A stretch of DNA of 64,000 nt. It comes from Reclinomonas americana ATCC 50394. Its lineage: Eukaryota. Within the stretch, counting starts at the first letter, position 1. Each line of letters begins with the position of its first letter. The DNA lies in the NCBI GenBank assembly GCA_048213135.1, contig PS015016.1:80340-144339 (forward strand), in the 5' to 3' direction. Made by a program: the position numbers and the translations under genes. The notes under the pieces are model-generated. The model saw only the letters and a program-made list of their open reading frames with translations. It ran no database searches and had not been told where the DNA came from. This document shows positions 10,869 to 23,673 of this stretch, piece after piece.

Positions 10869-13646
10869 TCACAGCAAGTTGCAGTCGTCTCCCTTGTCCT
10901 TGCGCCTCTGCTTCTCCAGCGCCTTCATCTCGTCCTTCGTGATCTGTGATGTGTGTCGCGCTTGTGAGTTATCGAGTGGAGGACGGGGGCTTCGAGGGCG
11001 CCGCGGGAACGCACCTGTCGACCTTCTTGTCGTGCGCGATGCTGCAGTTCGGCCAGGCGCCGCTGATGATCCTGTGAAAAGGAAGCGATGAGTGAGGGAA
11101 GGCACAGCACTCGACGCAACGGGCGCACACATACCTCCTCCGCACGCTCATCCTGCCCGCACATCAATGGCACACGCAACAGAGTGAGAAACAGGTCCTC
11201 TAAGGCAAAGCGTGTGGAAAGGTCACACAACACACACCTGTGACATGTTGCGACGACGGCGATGCTCCTGGCGCGCCTCTTGCTCCTCCTCGTACTGCAG
11301 TCGCCGTGCCAGCTCCTCGTCCGTTCTGCGTGAGAGACAGAGAGCGATAAGCAGGTGCGGAGACACAGTCGCCGACAGCCGCGCGGCGCAACTCAGGGCC
11401 AGCGGGGTATTGCGGCGGGCGATTGTAGTTGGGCTGGTGACGCGGATCCACAGCCTGCACATATGCCGATGTGGGATGCGCCGGATGCTGCGGGCCAGAG
11501 GACTGAGCGGGTGCCTGCTGCACGAACCAAGCGAGGGGTGAGTGAGACGGAGAGGCGGCACAGCGGTGTGTTCCTTGCGTTGAAACACACACCCCGTGAT
11601 GCTGCTGCAGGCTGGCCACGAATCCAGGACCACAGTACTGATTGTTACCGCTTACCTGCGCCACAGAGGAGGACGCGACTCACTTCAGCAACGCAGTCGA
11701 GCAAATATGCTCTTGCTTGAAATACGCAACATTCTCAAACAACTCCCACATGACGTCGGGCGCATCGAGGAAGCCAACATCGGTGGCCAGCAAGTACAGC
11801 CGACCGTGGAATTTGTACATGGTGCTGAAGTGATTGTTGCGGAAGAACACGGCCATTTCCGTCTGCGGCGAAAAAAATGGATGAGTGCTGAGCGGCAAGC
11901 GATGAGAGAGAGACAATGCGCACCTCTCGCACGAGGTCCTGCAGCGCGCCGAGACCCCATTGTGTCAACTGACTTGCCGAAGCCTCCAGGAAGCTGTTCA
12001 ACAGGTCGGCTTCGTACACCAACTGTTCCCTCTGCTCCTCTGTCATGCCTTGCGGCGGAGGTCCATCTGGGCACACGGGAGTTGGGCACTCATACACACA
12101 CGAACACACGCACGATGTGAAAGACGCACCATGCCGCAAACTTGACGCATTGATAACCTGCTCCACCACTTGGTTGTAGCTCTTGTCGCCAATGATGCGC
12201 TTCAGCTCTTCGTTGGTGGGATCCACCACCCATCCGTGGTACAGGTTGATGCCCATCATGTCGAACACGTCCATCTGCGACGTGTACTCAAAGTCCGACG
12301 GACTGTGCATGCCACCACCACCACAGTGAGCGATGCGAACACAAACAGACGGCGGGAGATCCAAGAACGAGGGGCGGACCTGCGGAAGCGCACATTGACG
12401 TCGAGGCCGCGGAGGAGCATGGGGAAGTGACCAATCACATCCGACAAGTGCTCCACAAAGCCCGGCTGCTCTTGTTGCTGCACGCGACATGCGATGAGAT
12501 CGAAAAAAATGAAGCAACGACCTGGAAAGATGATGGGGGCACGAACCCTTTGCGTGTGTCTGAACATGTAGTCGCCGAGTGTCTCGAGCAGTTCGCGCGC
12601 CGAAATCATCGAGATGTCGGAGTGGATGGAGATACACCGAGCCAGGAGAAGACCATTGGCTGCATAGCCGCCGTCAGCCACATCATCACAGATACATCAC
12701 GGTCATCGCAAGCCATCACTCACCCAGTGCCTGATTGTAGTCGCCGACAGAAGGAGGAAGAGAGAGGGAGTGAGCAAGAGACACAATGAGAGGGAATCAT
12801 GGAAGGCCGGCTCACTGTGACAGCACACGACACAGGTCAGTCAAGCAGCAGAACACGAGGCGGCGACCGCGCAAACGTCACTTACTGCACCGACAAAGAC
12901 GCGTGAGTGAGCAACACAATCACACCACGGACAACTTCTTGCCACTTAATCACTCACCCCAACAAAGGACACGGGCCGTTCTCATTCTGCAGCACTGCAA
13001 GAGCAACACGCAGACCGCAGTGAGCCAACCCAACAACGCACACATCGCCACACTCACAATCATCGAACACGCACCAATCGACACCGGTTGCCCGTGGAAC
13101 GAGGTCCGCTTCAGGTGGAACATACTCTCGCCTCCCGACATGGGAGCCGGCGGCGCCGCACCAGCCGCCGGCACTGCTGCGACTGGAGGCGGCGGCGGAG
13201 GCGGCAACAGCACTGCTCAACACTTTATGAGCACACACACGCAGACGGACAGACGATTCTCTCTTAACAAATACCTTGCTGCGCCTCCTGCTCGGCCACT
13301 GCGGCCGCCACCGACGCATCCTGCTCGACTTGTCGCTGCACACTGGCGGGTGACATGAGACCCGGGTGGTGTTCCCGCTGCACAGCGGCCTCTGACACAA
13401 TCACTGGTGCAGGAGGTGGCACTGGATGTGCTTCTTGTGCTGGTACTGGTGGTGCTGCTGCTGCGTGATAGACAGGAGCGGCGATCACCTCCGCAGCTGC
13501 TGTGTGTCACACAGTGAGCGCGTGTGTGTGTGAGAAATCGTTTGACAGGAACATCATCATCTTGTTTTCACGCAACGATGTGCGGCCACGACTTCTGTGG
13601 CGAACGGCGGCAACATGTCGTCATCTGCGACGACTGGATGCGACAT
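10869..13646 (-). CDS. MINDY1: MINDY-1/2 (FAM63) family deubiquitinase with MIU-like motif and C-terminal CaaX box, multi-exon
   Basis: Spliced product has QNENGPCPLLALAN (catalytic Cys), GLDVNVRF, LYHGWVVDP, FFRNNHFSTM (catalytic His), DEELARRLQ, and ends DCNLL*. Confidence 0.92.
12731..12959 (-). other. Three-layer nested spliceosomal intron (double [D1,2] stwintron)
   Basis: ttg|G G GTGAGT...GTGCAG TAAGTG...TCACAG TGAGCC...AATCAG|gca; sequential removal gives introns of 73, 71 and 85 nt and restores GPCPLL-ALAN. Confidence 0.85.
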
Positions 13647-13960
13647 TGTGTGTTTGTGTGTGCCTGCGAGTGTGTACGAAAGAGGAGAGGGGGACAAGTC
13701 GGTGAGTGCGCGCGAGAATACACAAACAAGAACATCGCGAGTTGTACTCACGTGTGACTCTGTGTGTGTGTGAGTGAGTGAGTGAGACAGGTGTATGTGG
13801 TGCCTGCGCGCTCGCTGACTGTGCACTTCGCTGCAAGAGGATTGCGAAAACGACAAAATTTCATCCTCTTGTGTAGATTTGGCGTTTTACATTCTCGCGT
13901 TTCTCTCTCTCTCTCTCTCTCCGCTTCTCTTCTCGTTGGCTTTCTCACAAGCCGTACATG

Positions 13961-15535
13961 TTACATCACGGCGCCCTCGTTGAATCGATCTTCGCAGAAA
14001 ATAAGTTGCTGCACCAGTGATAAAAAGCCGGTGTTTTCCGGTCCTGTATCAGTCAGTCAGGAAATCGGTGAGTCGATGGGATTACACAGCAGCATGTGTG
14101 GCGTGTGGCGCCGTACCGACAGCCTGCACGAGTGCGTCGGCCACTTGGTCGTCGTCGTCGGTCGACTGCAGTCTGTGCAAGACGTAAGAGAATGCAACGA
14201 TCGCATGACATGGCTCGCGAGGTAACTCTTTGAGAATGCGGTAGGCCTGGAAGAACGCATCAAAGCCAAGGTTGTCCTCGAGTAGCACGCGCAGCGCCTC
14301 AATGCGATAGCAGAGGCTGTCCTGGGGGGTGACACTCGGCAGACGCAGAGTGGCACCGTCCAGCACGAAGCGGCCGAGACCGTCGGTGGGTGGCGTATCG
14401 GCAACATCCACATCGTCGTCTTCCTCGATATCCGAGGCAGAGGCCGATGGACGGCCGGCCACAGTGGGGGCGGTGGCCACCGACGAGCTGTTGGCCGACG
14501 ACTTGGGACGAGAGGGCGCGGAGCCCCATTCTTCGTCGCTGGACTCGGTGTCCTGTTCGCTCATGCCCAGCACGCCTCGCAAACTCGCCACCATTTGCTG
14601 GTACTCCTCGTCGTCCGTGTTCAGCACCTCATCAGTGTCTGCATAACAACGCGTGTGAGCTGCGTAAAAGCAAGCATCCAACAAGGCAGGCAGCACACAC
14701 AGACCAGGTGCGCTCACAGCCTCGTCGTCGTCGGCCGCCGAGAAATCCTCATCCTCGTTGAACACATCGGCTGCAGCAGGTGCCTCCGCAGCGGCTTCAG
14801 CTGCCGCGGCTGCTGCCGCCGCCGCCAGCTTCACTCCACGCATGGACTCGGCCATCATGGCGCGCGAAAACGTCGCACCCAGGTCCAGTGGAGCCGCCGG
14901 TGCCGCCGCACTGAAGAGCCACACATGAGCGACAGTGGTTGCGCAAAAACACTCACGAANNNNNNNNNNNNNNNNNNNNAGCAGCAGCAGCAGCAGCGGT
15001 CAGTGGCGGCGGGGCAAGGAGTCTAAGAGGAAGAAGAGATGCACACGCCTTCTTGTCGTGCACATGCTTCAGCGCCAGCGTGATTTGCACAAACCAGTCG
15101 AGGATTTGCTGCACGCACAGATCCAAGTAAGCAGGCTGACATGGACGCACACACAGAGCGACAGTGACGCAACATCCTCGTCCAGCAAGGTGCCTTTCTG
15201 CGCCTGAAGTCGACCATACAGATCGCCTGTGCAAGAAGATAGGTCACACAAAGTCAAAGAGAGAGGCACGACTGGAAAAGAGAGTGACCTTTCTCTGCAA
15301 ACTCCATGGTGATGCACAGAGAACCGCCCGACTCGAAGCTCTCAATGTAGCGCACAATGTTGGGATGCCGCAGCGATGACAACACCTTGACCTCATTCAG
15401 TGCTTCCGCGCGCTGCAAATCAATCACAGAGGAAAGAGAGTGAGAGTGAGGGAATGAGACAGTGTGTGCTGAGCATGACTGCCTCTTGTTCTCACCTCCT
15501 TCTGGCTCATGCCCGAGATGTTGATTTGCTTGACT
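13961..15535 (-). CDS. NIMA-related kinase (NEK1-like), partial; subdomains I and VIb-XI fall in gaps
   Basis: VKQINISGMSQKE|RAEALNEVKVLSSLRHPNIVRYIESF...MEFAEKG|DL...ILDWFVQITLALKHVHDKK; NEK1-type C-terminus RIEALRVLLEDNLGFDAFFQAYRIL. Confidence 0.88.
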
Positions 15536-15752
15536 GTGTGTGTGTGTTGTCGAGTATGTGTGTGAGATCAATCTGTGTTTCTTTCTCTCTCTCTTTCGGT
15601 GCTTGTCCATGNNNNNNNNNNNNNNNNNNNNGTGGTGGTTACGCGAACAGAGATTGCAGCGTAGGAAAAAACAAAAAGGCAAGTGGCGTTGTTGTTGGTG
15701 CTCATTATTACGTGATTTTTTTGTTTCATAACATCGCGACGTCGTCCGTCAA

Positions 15753-18192
15753 TCATGGCGACGATGCTTCGTCGTCATCGTCCACGGCGACGGCGTGTGA
15801 GGTAATTGTGGTCGCGGTACTCGAGATTACTGCGGTGGAGGCCGATGCTCCCAGGTCGCGTTCGTATGACATGTCGCCGACGGCGCCGACCAGTCCCAGC
15901 CGATGCGCGTGCTTGCGGTTGTAGTTCCACTGTACAAGGAAGCCGATGCCGATCGCCAGTCCCCACTGTAGGATGCATGTGGCGAATGACTCGCGACTGA
16001 GTGGGTTCCACCATGGGAACTCCTCCGACAAGCAGGCCTGCGAACGCGCAAAAAAGGTGAGGCATGTGTAACACACCAGTGGGCGACATGCACTGTGTTT
16101 ACCTGCACGAGCGATGCCAAAAGGAGCACACAGCCCTCCACCGGCACGACCCAGGTGATGATAATGTCCCACCATCTGCCCACCTGTTCATGCATCTTCA
16201 GTACAGAGCACGGATGGCAATGCTGAATAAAACAGCACACACACAGACCTTGTCGTGCTCATTGATATTGATGTAGTTGGTGCGGAAGTTCTTGGCGCCG
16301 CCCTTGAGTGCCAACAATGCACACCCGAGACCGCACAGGATGAGACCATTGCCCCACACAAAGTCCTGCACGCGAAGCAATCAGGGCACAACAGCAAGGC
16401 AGCAGGCAACAGTCACACCCGTCGTCGAACCTGATTGGAGAGGTACGAGACGCTGAGGCTGGGCGGGATGGAGCCGGCCAGACAGAAGATGAGCATAAAA
16501 GTGAGCACACGCGGGCGCGGAATGCCGACCTCCGTGCCGATCTTGAGCATCAGATTCAACACCGAGATGTACGAGGTGAAGGCGGCGAAGCTGAGACCGA
16601 GGAAGAAGATGACGGCCAGCGGGCGTCCAAACGTCATCTCCGAGAAGAGTACTGGCAGGAACTGGAAGACCAGACCGGTGCCGGCGACACCACTCTCGCG
16701 CATCTGCAACACGAGCTCCTCCTGTGACAAGAAGGAAAATGAGTCGCTGGAGATCGACAGCTGTGGTGGCGACAAGGATGCGAACCCGAGTGTAGCGATC
16801 GCCCAGAATGCCCCACGTGGCACCAAAGATGGTCATGCCGGCGATCAGCGAGACGCAGTTGTTGCCGATGGGTGTGAGCGCGGCCGTTCTGTTTGATACA
16901 CAATCAAGCAAGTTAGCACAGTGCATGCAAGGCCGCACACATCAACCCAGTCCGCAACTTGGAGATGCCGTTGCGTTCCTATGGGACCGAAGAAACAAAA
17001 GTGAGTCACGGATCTTGCGAGATGAAGAACTTGCTGCCACTCACTGCATGCACAATGCACAGAGTGTCAGCACAATTTGAAGCGGCGACTCACACAGCAT
17101 GCACACATTGCTCACCATCAAAGTATGTCGCATACGACAACAGAATGCCCTGCCAACAAGAAAAAATGGTGCACGCGTCAGCATCGAGCATGTCTCCACT
17201 CGTGAAATCTACAACGACTGCGCACCCAGCCTGCCGACGTGTCAAAGCTGGTCTGTGCCAGCGCTTCCAGATATGCTGTGGGGTTCCACAAAGTGGACGG
17301 ATCGGGTCCAAACATGTAACCGAGACCGCCGCTCGCGCCCAGGAACAGACTGCGAATCCAGATGATGCACAACACCACCAGCAGTGCCGGCACCAGTGTA
17401 TAATTGACCCACTCGATCGAGGCCAGACCGCGCCAACAGCCCAGGATGGCCAGTGTCACCACAATGGCATTGAACAGGTACGGCCATGGAGTGTTCACAA
17501 AGTCGGCGAACTCGCCAGCCGCCTCCGCTGATGACGTTGGCAAGTCATTGATGATGTAGTAGAAAAAGTAGCGTACACACCACCCGTTGACCACGGCTGC
17601 GTGCGGAGGCGTGTGGTAAGCACTCCACACATCCCCATCATTTGCACAGCGAATGATGATGGTGGCGCAACAATAGTAGAGTTCGATCATTACGTTGTTG
17701 ATGACTAGGAAGACTCCGATCCAGCGGAACTTGTCGCCCAAGAAGTATGCAAACGTGCGGATCTACAGCGAGAGAAATGAGTGCGCGCTGGGTACATCAT
17801 GGCAAGCGTGATTATGCGTCAAACGCACCAAGCCTCGTCGTGCCTTGCGGCCTGCGGCGTACTCCAGTAGAATCTACCCATTCACAGAAAAGATCAACAG
17901 CCGCGTATCATCGCCACCGACGAACCGCGACAAACCAGCGGAATGGCCCAGATGAACAGGAACGTGAGCCAAATCAGCAGAAAAAACAGCGCTCCTTGCG
18001 TTCCGCTATTGCGCGCCACAATGCGTGCAAAGCGCCACACTGCACCACACACACGTCAGCGGTTCACCCCATGCTCAACACACGAGTGCACAGACGCACC
18101 ATTGCCTGTGCCGACAGCGCATCCCAACAAACTGAAGAACGTCGTAAACTTGTTGGAGAAGCGCTCCGATTTCGTCTCCTCGCTGCGCACAA
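15753..18192 (-). CDS. Sodium:neurotransmitter symporter (SLC6/NSS) family transporter, paralog 1; start in gap
   Basis: LGCAVGTGNVWRFAR, WAIPL|ILLEY, ALAQTSFDTSAGWG, GTGLVF, FFLGLSFAAFTS; many hydrophobic helices. Confidence 0.92.
16979..17116 (-). other. Two-layer nested intron ([D1,2] stwintron, also resolvable as [A2,3])
   Basis: gat|G GTGAGC...ATGCAG TGAGTG...CCATAG|gaa; internal 72 nt, external 66 nt; restores ungapped alignment with the paralog. Confidence 0.85.
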
Positions 18193-19217
18193 NNNNNNNN
18201 NNNNNNNNNNNNNNNNNNNNNNNNNNNNNNNNNNNNNNNNNNNNNNNNNNNNNNNNNNNNNNNNNNNNNNNNNNNNNNNNNNNNNNNNNNNNNNNNNNNN
18301 NNNNNNNNNNNNNNNNNNNNNNNNNNNNNNNNNNNNNNNNNNNNNNNNNNNNNNNNNNNNNNNNNNNNNNNNNNNNNNNNNNNNNNNNNNNNNNNNNNNN
18401 NNNNNNNNNNNNNNNNNNNNNNNNNNNNNNNNNNNNNNNNNNNNNNNNNNNNNNNNNNNNNNNNNNNNNNNNNNNNNNNNNNNNNNNNNNNNNNNNNNNN
18501 NNNNNNNNNNNNNNNNNNNNNNNNNNNNNNNNNNNNNNNNNNNNNNNNNNNNNNNNNNNNNNNNNNNNNNNNNNNNNNNNNNNNNNNNNNNNNNNNNNNN
18601 NNNNNNNNNNNNNNNNNNNNNNNNNNNNNNNNNNNNNNNNNNNNNNNNNNNNNNNNNNNNNNNNNNNNNNNNNNNNNNNNNNNNNNNNNNNNNNNNNNNN
18701 NNNNNNNNNNNNNNNNNNNNNNNNNNNNNNNNNNNNNNNNNNNNNNNNNNNNNNNNNNNNNNNNNNNNNNNNNNNNNNNNNNNNNNNNNNNNNNNNNNNN
18801 NNNNNNNNNNNNNNNNNNNNNNNNNNNNNNNNNNNNNNNNNNNNNNNNNNNNNNNNNNNNNNNNNNNNNNNNNNNNNNNNNNNNNNNNNNNNNNNNNNNN
18901 NNNNNNNNNNNNNNNNNNNNNNNNNNNNNNNNNNNNNCGTGTGTGTGTGTGTGGGTACGACATGTGCTGCGGAAAGACACACAGCTTCGAGTGCACACAG
19001 GAAGCAGCCACGCAACGGCGTGCGCAGACACGAGGAGCGAGAGAGGGGGAGGGGAGGGGAGGAGAGAAAGACACGCACCATTGCACCAGACGGGTTACTA
19101 GCTTTCCGGACTGGAAATTCCGCGCGTCACCCTCTTGCATTGCCGTTGCGGACAAAACAACATCGCATCGTTGTTGGAGAAGGAACGTGCCTGCGAAATC
19201 AAACAACAGCCAGTTAC

Positions 19218-22200
19218 ATGGAGGACTCGTCCAGCGACAGCAGCGGTGCTGTTGCGATGGCAATGCAGGCGTCGTCCAGCGATTACGTGCCGAGCAGCAA
19301 GTCGCACCAGCAGCGCTTGGTGGCGGCGGCGACTGCGGCGGCCGGTAAGGGCTGCGTGCCGGCCCGAACCGCCCTCGGTATGGTGTACGAGAAGGTGCAG
19401 CGGTACATCACCCGCCTGGTGCAGCTCTCCGTCACGCAGAAGGAGCTGGCGCACGCGGTGCCGCCACCGGCCCTCACTCGTGCGGTGAGCTCTCACAGCG
19501 ACAATGGGGTGTTTATTGTTGACCGGAAATCGAGAATCGCCTCATCCTGCTCTCTCTCTCTCTCTGTGCGACAGAACATGACGGCGGCTGAGGCACGCAA
19601 CATGCGAGGATCGCTCGAGTGGTACATGACGGCGCTGGCCGACGGCGGCGCGTTCGAGGAGCTGAGTCCGTCGTCGTACTCGGCTGCGACACTCTACATG
19701 GACCGGGCGACGACCAAGGTGCTCGATCGCCTGGCGCAGCTGGGGGAGGTCGATGTGGAGCAGGTACCGACGCGTGACGGGCGACGCATGACGCTGAGCG
19801 AGCTGAGCTCCGACGAAGCAGTGGCGGCGTTTGAGCGCAGAATCGATGGCCTGCTCGATCTCACGATGAAGAGCATGTGTGAGGTGGTGTGGGGCCTGAA
19901 GCGGCGATGCGCGGAGCTGGAGCGCGACATGTCCAGCATCATCGCCTCGGCGCTGCCGCAAGGCGAGCCGGCCACAATCGGACTTGAGAGGCGAGTGTCG
20001 ATCGCCGACGATCCGAACGGTCAGCGATTTGCGATATCGAAACTGCGGCAAGAGCTGATGGACAAGGACCGCGACATGGCCAAAATGACCAAGCGCATCT
20101 CGGAGCTCGAGTTCATGCTCAACTCGAAAAACACTGGCCTCAAGGCCGTGCGCACATCGCTGTACAGCCAAGTGGTGCGTATTTTCGGTGCCTTGCAATC
20201 GGACATGTATCGATGCAATACTAATCTAGGCATGCAGGTCGGCCTCAAGGAACAGTTGTACCAGGCGTGCGATCGACAGGTCGAGTTTGAGCCGGAGGTG
20301 TTCGACACATTCGACTGGATGGGTCTGGTCGAGAAGGTGACGACGCAAGTTGTCGAGGCTGCTGGTATCACCACCGGCTCCTCTGGCGCCCCGTCGGTCG
20401 CCTCCTCCGCTAGCGGTGTGAGACTGCCGGATCGAGAGGCTCTGCTGCAGAACATGCAGGCAATCAGCAACGTTGCCGAGCAGTTCTCGCGCGATCGTGC
20501 GGTCATGGCCGCCAATCACCGCAAGGAGATCGAGTCGCGTGACAGGTTTGTGGTTTTTGACAGGGTTTTTTTTCCTCTCGCCCTGTTTTTTTGCTTTTGC
20601 AGCTGACCTGGAGCTCGTGTTCTTTTCGCAGCACGATTATCGAGCTGCAGGAGCAAATGGCAGCTCTGGAGAAGGAGCTGGACAGCGCTCGCGAGGCGCT
20701 GCACAATGACGGCCAGCTGTTGTTCCAGGAGTCGAACACGTTCCTCACCGATCGTGGCAGCTCGGTGTTTAGTCTGGTGCCCCCGCCACCGGTGCCAGCC
20801 ACTGCAGCGCCGGTTTCCAGCGAGTCTGCGGTGAAGGAGCTCGAAAAGTTTCGCCGGTCTTGCACATGCGCGAGGGAGTAACGACGCCAGAGACCTCACC
20901 TCCTATTCGATGATGACAGACAACTGAAGGACATGCGCATGCACTACGCCAAGGAACGCGATGCATGGAACAAGAAGGTCGTGTCGCTGGAGGCGAAGCT
21001 CTCCGGCTTCGACAAGGAGAAGCAGTCGGAGGTGCGACGTGCCCGCGAGACCGAGTACGCCAAGCGATTCGAGGTGCAGGTGGAGGCCGAGCGCACCAAG
21101 CGCTCTCTCACCGCCGAACTCGAGGCTCTGAAGAAGGAGAAGGCGTTGGAGGAGCAGCGCTTCAGGATCGAACTGGAGTCGCTGCAGAAGCGCGTGGATG
21201 TCGATCGCCGTGCAGCGATGCTCAACTTCCGCTCCGAGTTCGACTCGCTGTTGGCCAATCACGACCGCGAGCGACAAGGTTTGCGCGCAAAGACGGATTG
21301 TTGTCGCTAGCGTACAATAGCTGACGATGGCAATTCTCATAACTCAGAGATTGAGTCAAAGCAAGAGGCGGTGATTGCTGAGCTGCGACAGACGATCTCC
21401 ACCATGCAGTCATCGGTGCGGTGTTCTCTCTCTTTCTCTCGCGTCTCTTCATGAAAGTTGCAGTCTGACCCTTGTTTTCCCGCAATAGGACGCACAATCC
21501 ATGTTGCTCGGTGTCACCGAGTCGCTGGCGGAGGGTGCCGACAATCCCAGCTCGCCCGCTGATCCGCTCAAGTCGGGCACCGATTCCAGCGCGCCATCGC
21601 GAGGCAGGAGAAGTGTGCCTGCCGTACGCATGAGCCAAGGCTCCATTTTCTCCACTGCACCACCGAGCCAGCGCACCAGCCGCTCGCACTCGCGCACGAA
21701 TTCAATCGACTCGACTGCCACCACGGAGCGACAGCCGTTGCGTCTGCCGCCCGCCTCTCGCTCTATCAAGTTCCCCGTCGCTCATTCATCCGATCCACTT
21801 TTCCCCCACAGAATGGCGGCAGCGTGGTTGGAGTACCGCCTCACTCATTTGGTGGAAAAGTACAACACACTCCGACGAGAGCACGAGGAGCTCCGTTTGG
21901 GTGTGCGACAGTTTGTCGACGACTTTGAACAGCGCGTGGCTGCGGCGACCGCAGCACAGCAGCTGAAGGACGAATCAGAGGCTGCAGCGGAGGCGGCGCA
22001 AAAGTCGCGCAATAAGAGCACGGTTCCGCGTGAGACAAAGGAGCCGACGTTGGATATGAACGACGTGTTCCCCGATGGTGCTGCCTCGGTGGAACCGTTG
22101 TTGTCGGTGCTCAGCGCACTGCGAGCGCGTGTGCTGGCGTACACGTGTGTGGGTGAGCGGTACCCTGAGGAGCCGCCAGCCACACTGGCCGCACCCGAGC

Positions 22201-23519
22201 TCCCCGCACCTCCTGGACCGCCGGCCGGTCACGGACGACGAAGCGGGCGTCGTGGAACGAATGTCTCACTGATGTTGGTGGAGGACAAGGTCTGTGTCGC
22301 ACTTGTGCACCTTGCGCTTCTCGACCGCCACAGCACTCACCCCTCCAGCTACAACAGGATTCACCAGTGGAGAGCCCACAAGAGAGTCCAGTCAACGCAG
22401 TGTCAGAACCCACGGCCCCCAAATCTAAGTTGAGTCCGCACATAACTGAATTCCCATATTCTCTCCAACTCACTCGCTTACTCTTGTACCCCCCCAGGCC
22501 TGAAGATGAGGACAAGGCGCCTCGCAAACCGCGTGTGGGACCCGATGGCGTGCCGGCGTATGCCGTCATGACACGCAGCACCAAGGTTCGCACTGCTTCC
22601 CGTGCATGTAACTGGCTGTGTGTATTGTTTGAAGTGCTCACGACCTTACGTGCTTGTCAATCAGTTGCGCACGGGTGCCGAGCAGCCGCCACCCAACACC
22701 AACACCAACATGTTCCGACTCGACACCACTGGAGCGCCAGTGGCCCGACTGGCGAGCATTGACTCGCCGCTCACCGACGACGAGTCGCAGCTTCTGTCGC
22801 GCAAGGCATCCGGTTCCAACGGACAGTCGTTGTGGCGCACTGGTTCGGACCGCGAGAGTGTGTCGGCCTTTGGTGTGGCGCAGGCCACAGTGGCGACGGC
22901 GGTGGCAGCCTCCACCTTTGCCAGTGCTGTCAATGCCAGACGGCTCCAGTCGGCCACTCCGTCGCAGAGCTCTTCCACGACTCCCACGACAACTGCGTCG
23001 ACGACGACAACGACCACAACTGTGCAGCGCAGTGTCTCGGAACCAACATCGCCGCGCTCGACACTTGTGTCGGCCATTGCAGAGATCCCCAAGTGAGTCT
23101 CATATTATCCTTGCCTGCAATGACGACGATCGTTTGGCACTCACTCCGTGCACGTGTGTGGTCTCGGCAGTGCGCTCATGTCTGCGATCAATGCCTCCAC
23201 GCGAGCGGTGCTGTTTGGACGTGGACGCAGTGGGTCATCGTCCACTGGCTCAACTCCCGTGCCGACTGCCACGATAGCGTCGGCCGCCTCACCGACCGTG
23301 ACCAGCACGAGCGACATTGTCGCCGCCGGTATGCGGGCACGTGGCTCCTCGTTCGGCAACGGCAGTGTTCTGCCTCTTGTGGGCGGTGAAAGCATCGGCA
23401 CACTGCGACGGACAAGCAACGAGCAACATCAATTGGCCGTTGTGACGATGGAGGAAGCTCCACGGCCGGCAGGGCTGCCTGCCGCCCGTTCTCGACCGAC
23501 GTCGGGAACCAGAAAATAA
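19218..23519 (+). CDS. Large coiled-coil protein with Ser/Thr/Pro-rich tail, hypothetical, multi-exon
   Basis: Exons join in frame through canonical introns (e.g. 19484-19575, 20546-20630, 22429-22497, 23093-23170); heptad-rich segments. Confidence 0.75.
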
Positions 23520-23673
23520 CTTGTGCTTTTTTCTTTTTCTCTGTCTCGTTTTCCCTGTATGTGCTGTTAATGCTGCAGTGAGGTAGCGCTATAGTGGCAG
23601 GTGGTGCCCGTAAAGTTTTGCTTGGGTTTTCTTGAAAAAAAGTCCGCTGCGTCCTCATTTCTTTCTGTACTGC

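Noticed and set aside
14960-15631. NEK kinase apparently lacking the G-loop and subdomains VIb-XI (split or pseudo-kinase?)
   Set aside because: Both missing parts coincide with short N gaps. The midasin gap at 61163-61182 hides most of an AAA module, showing these gaps are unsized.
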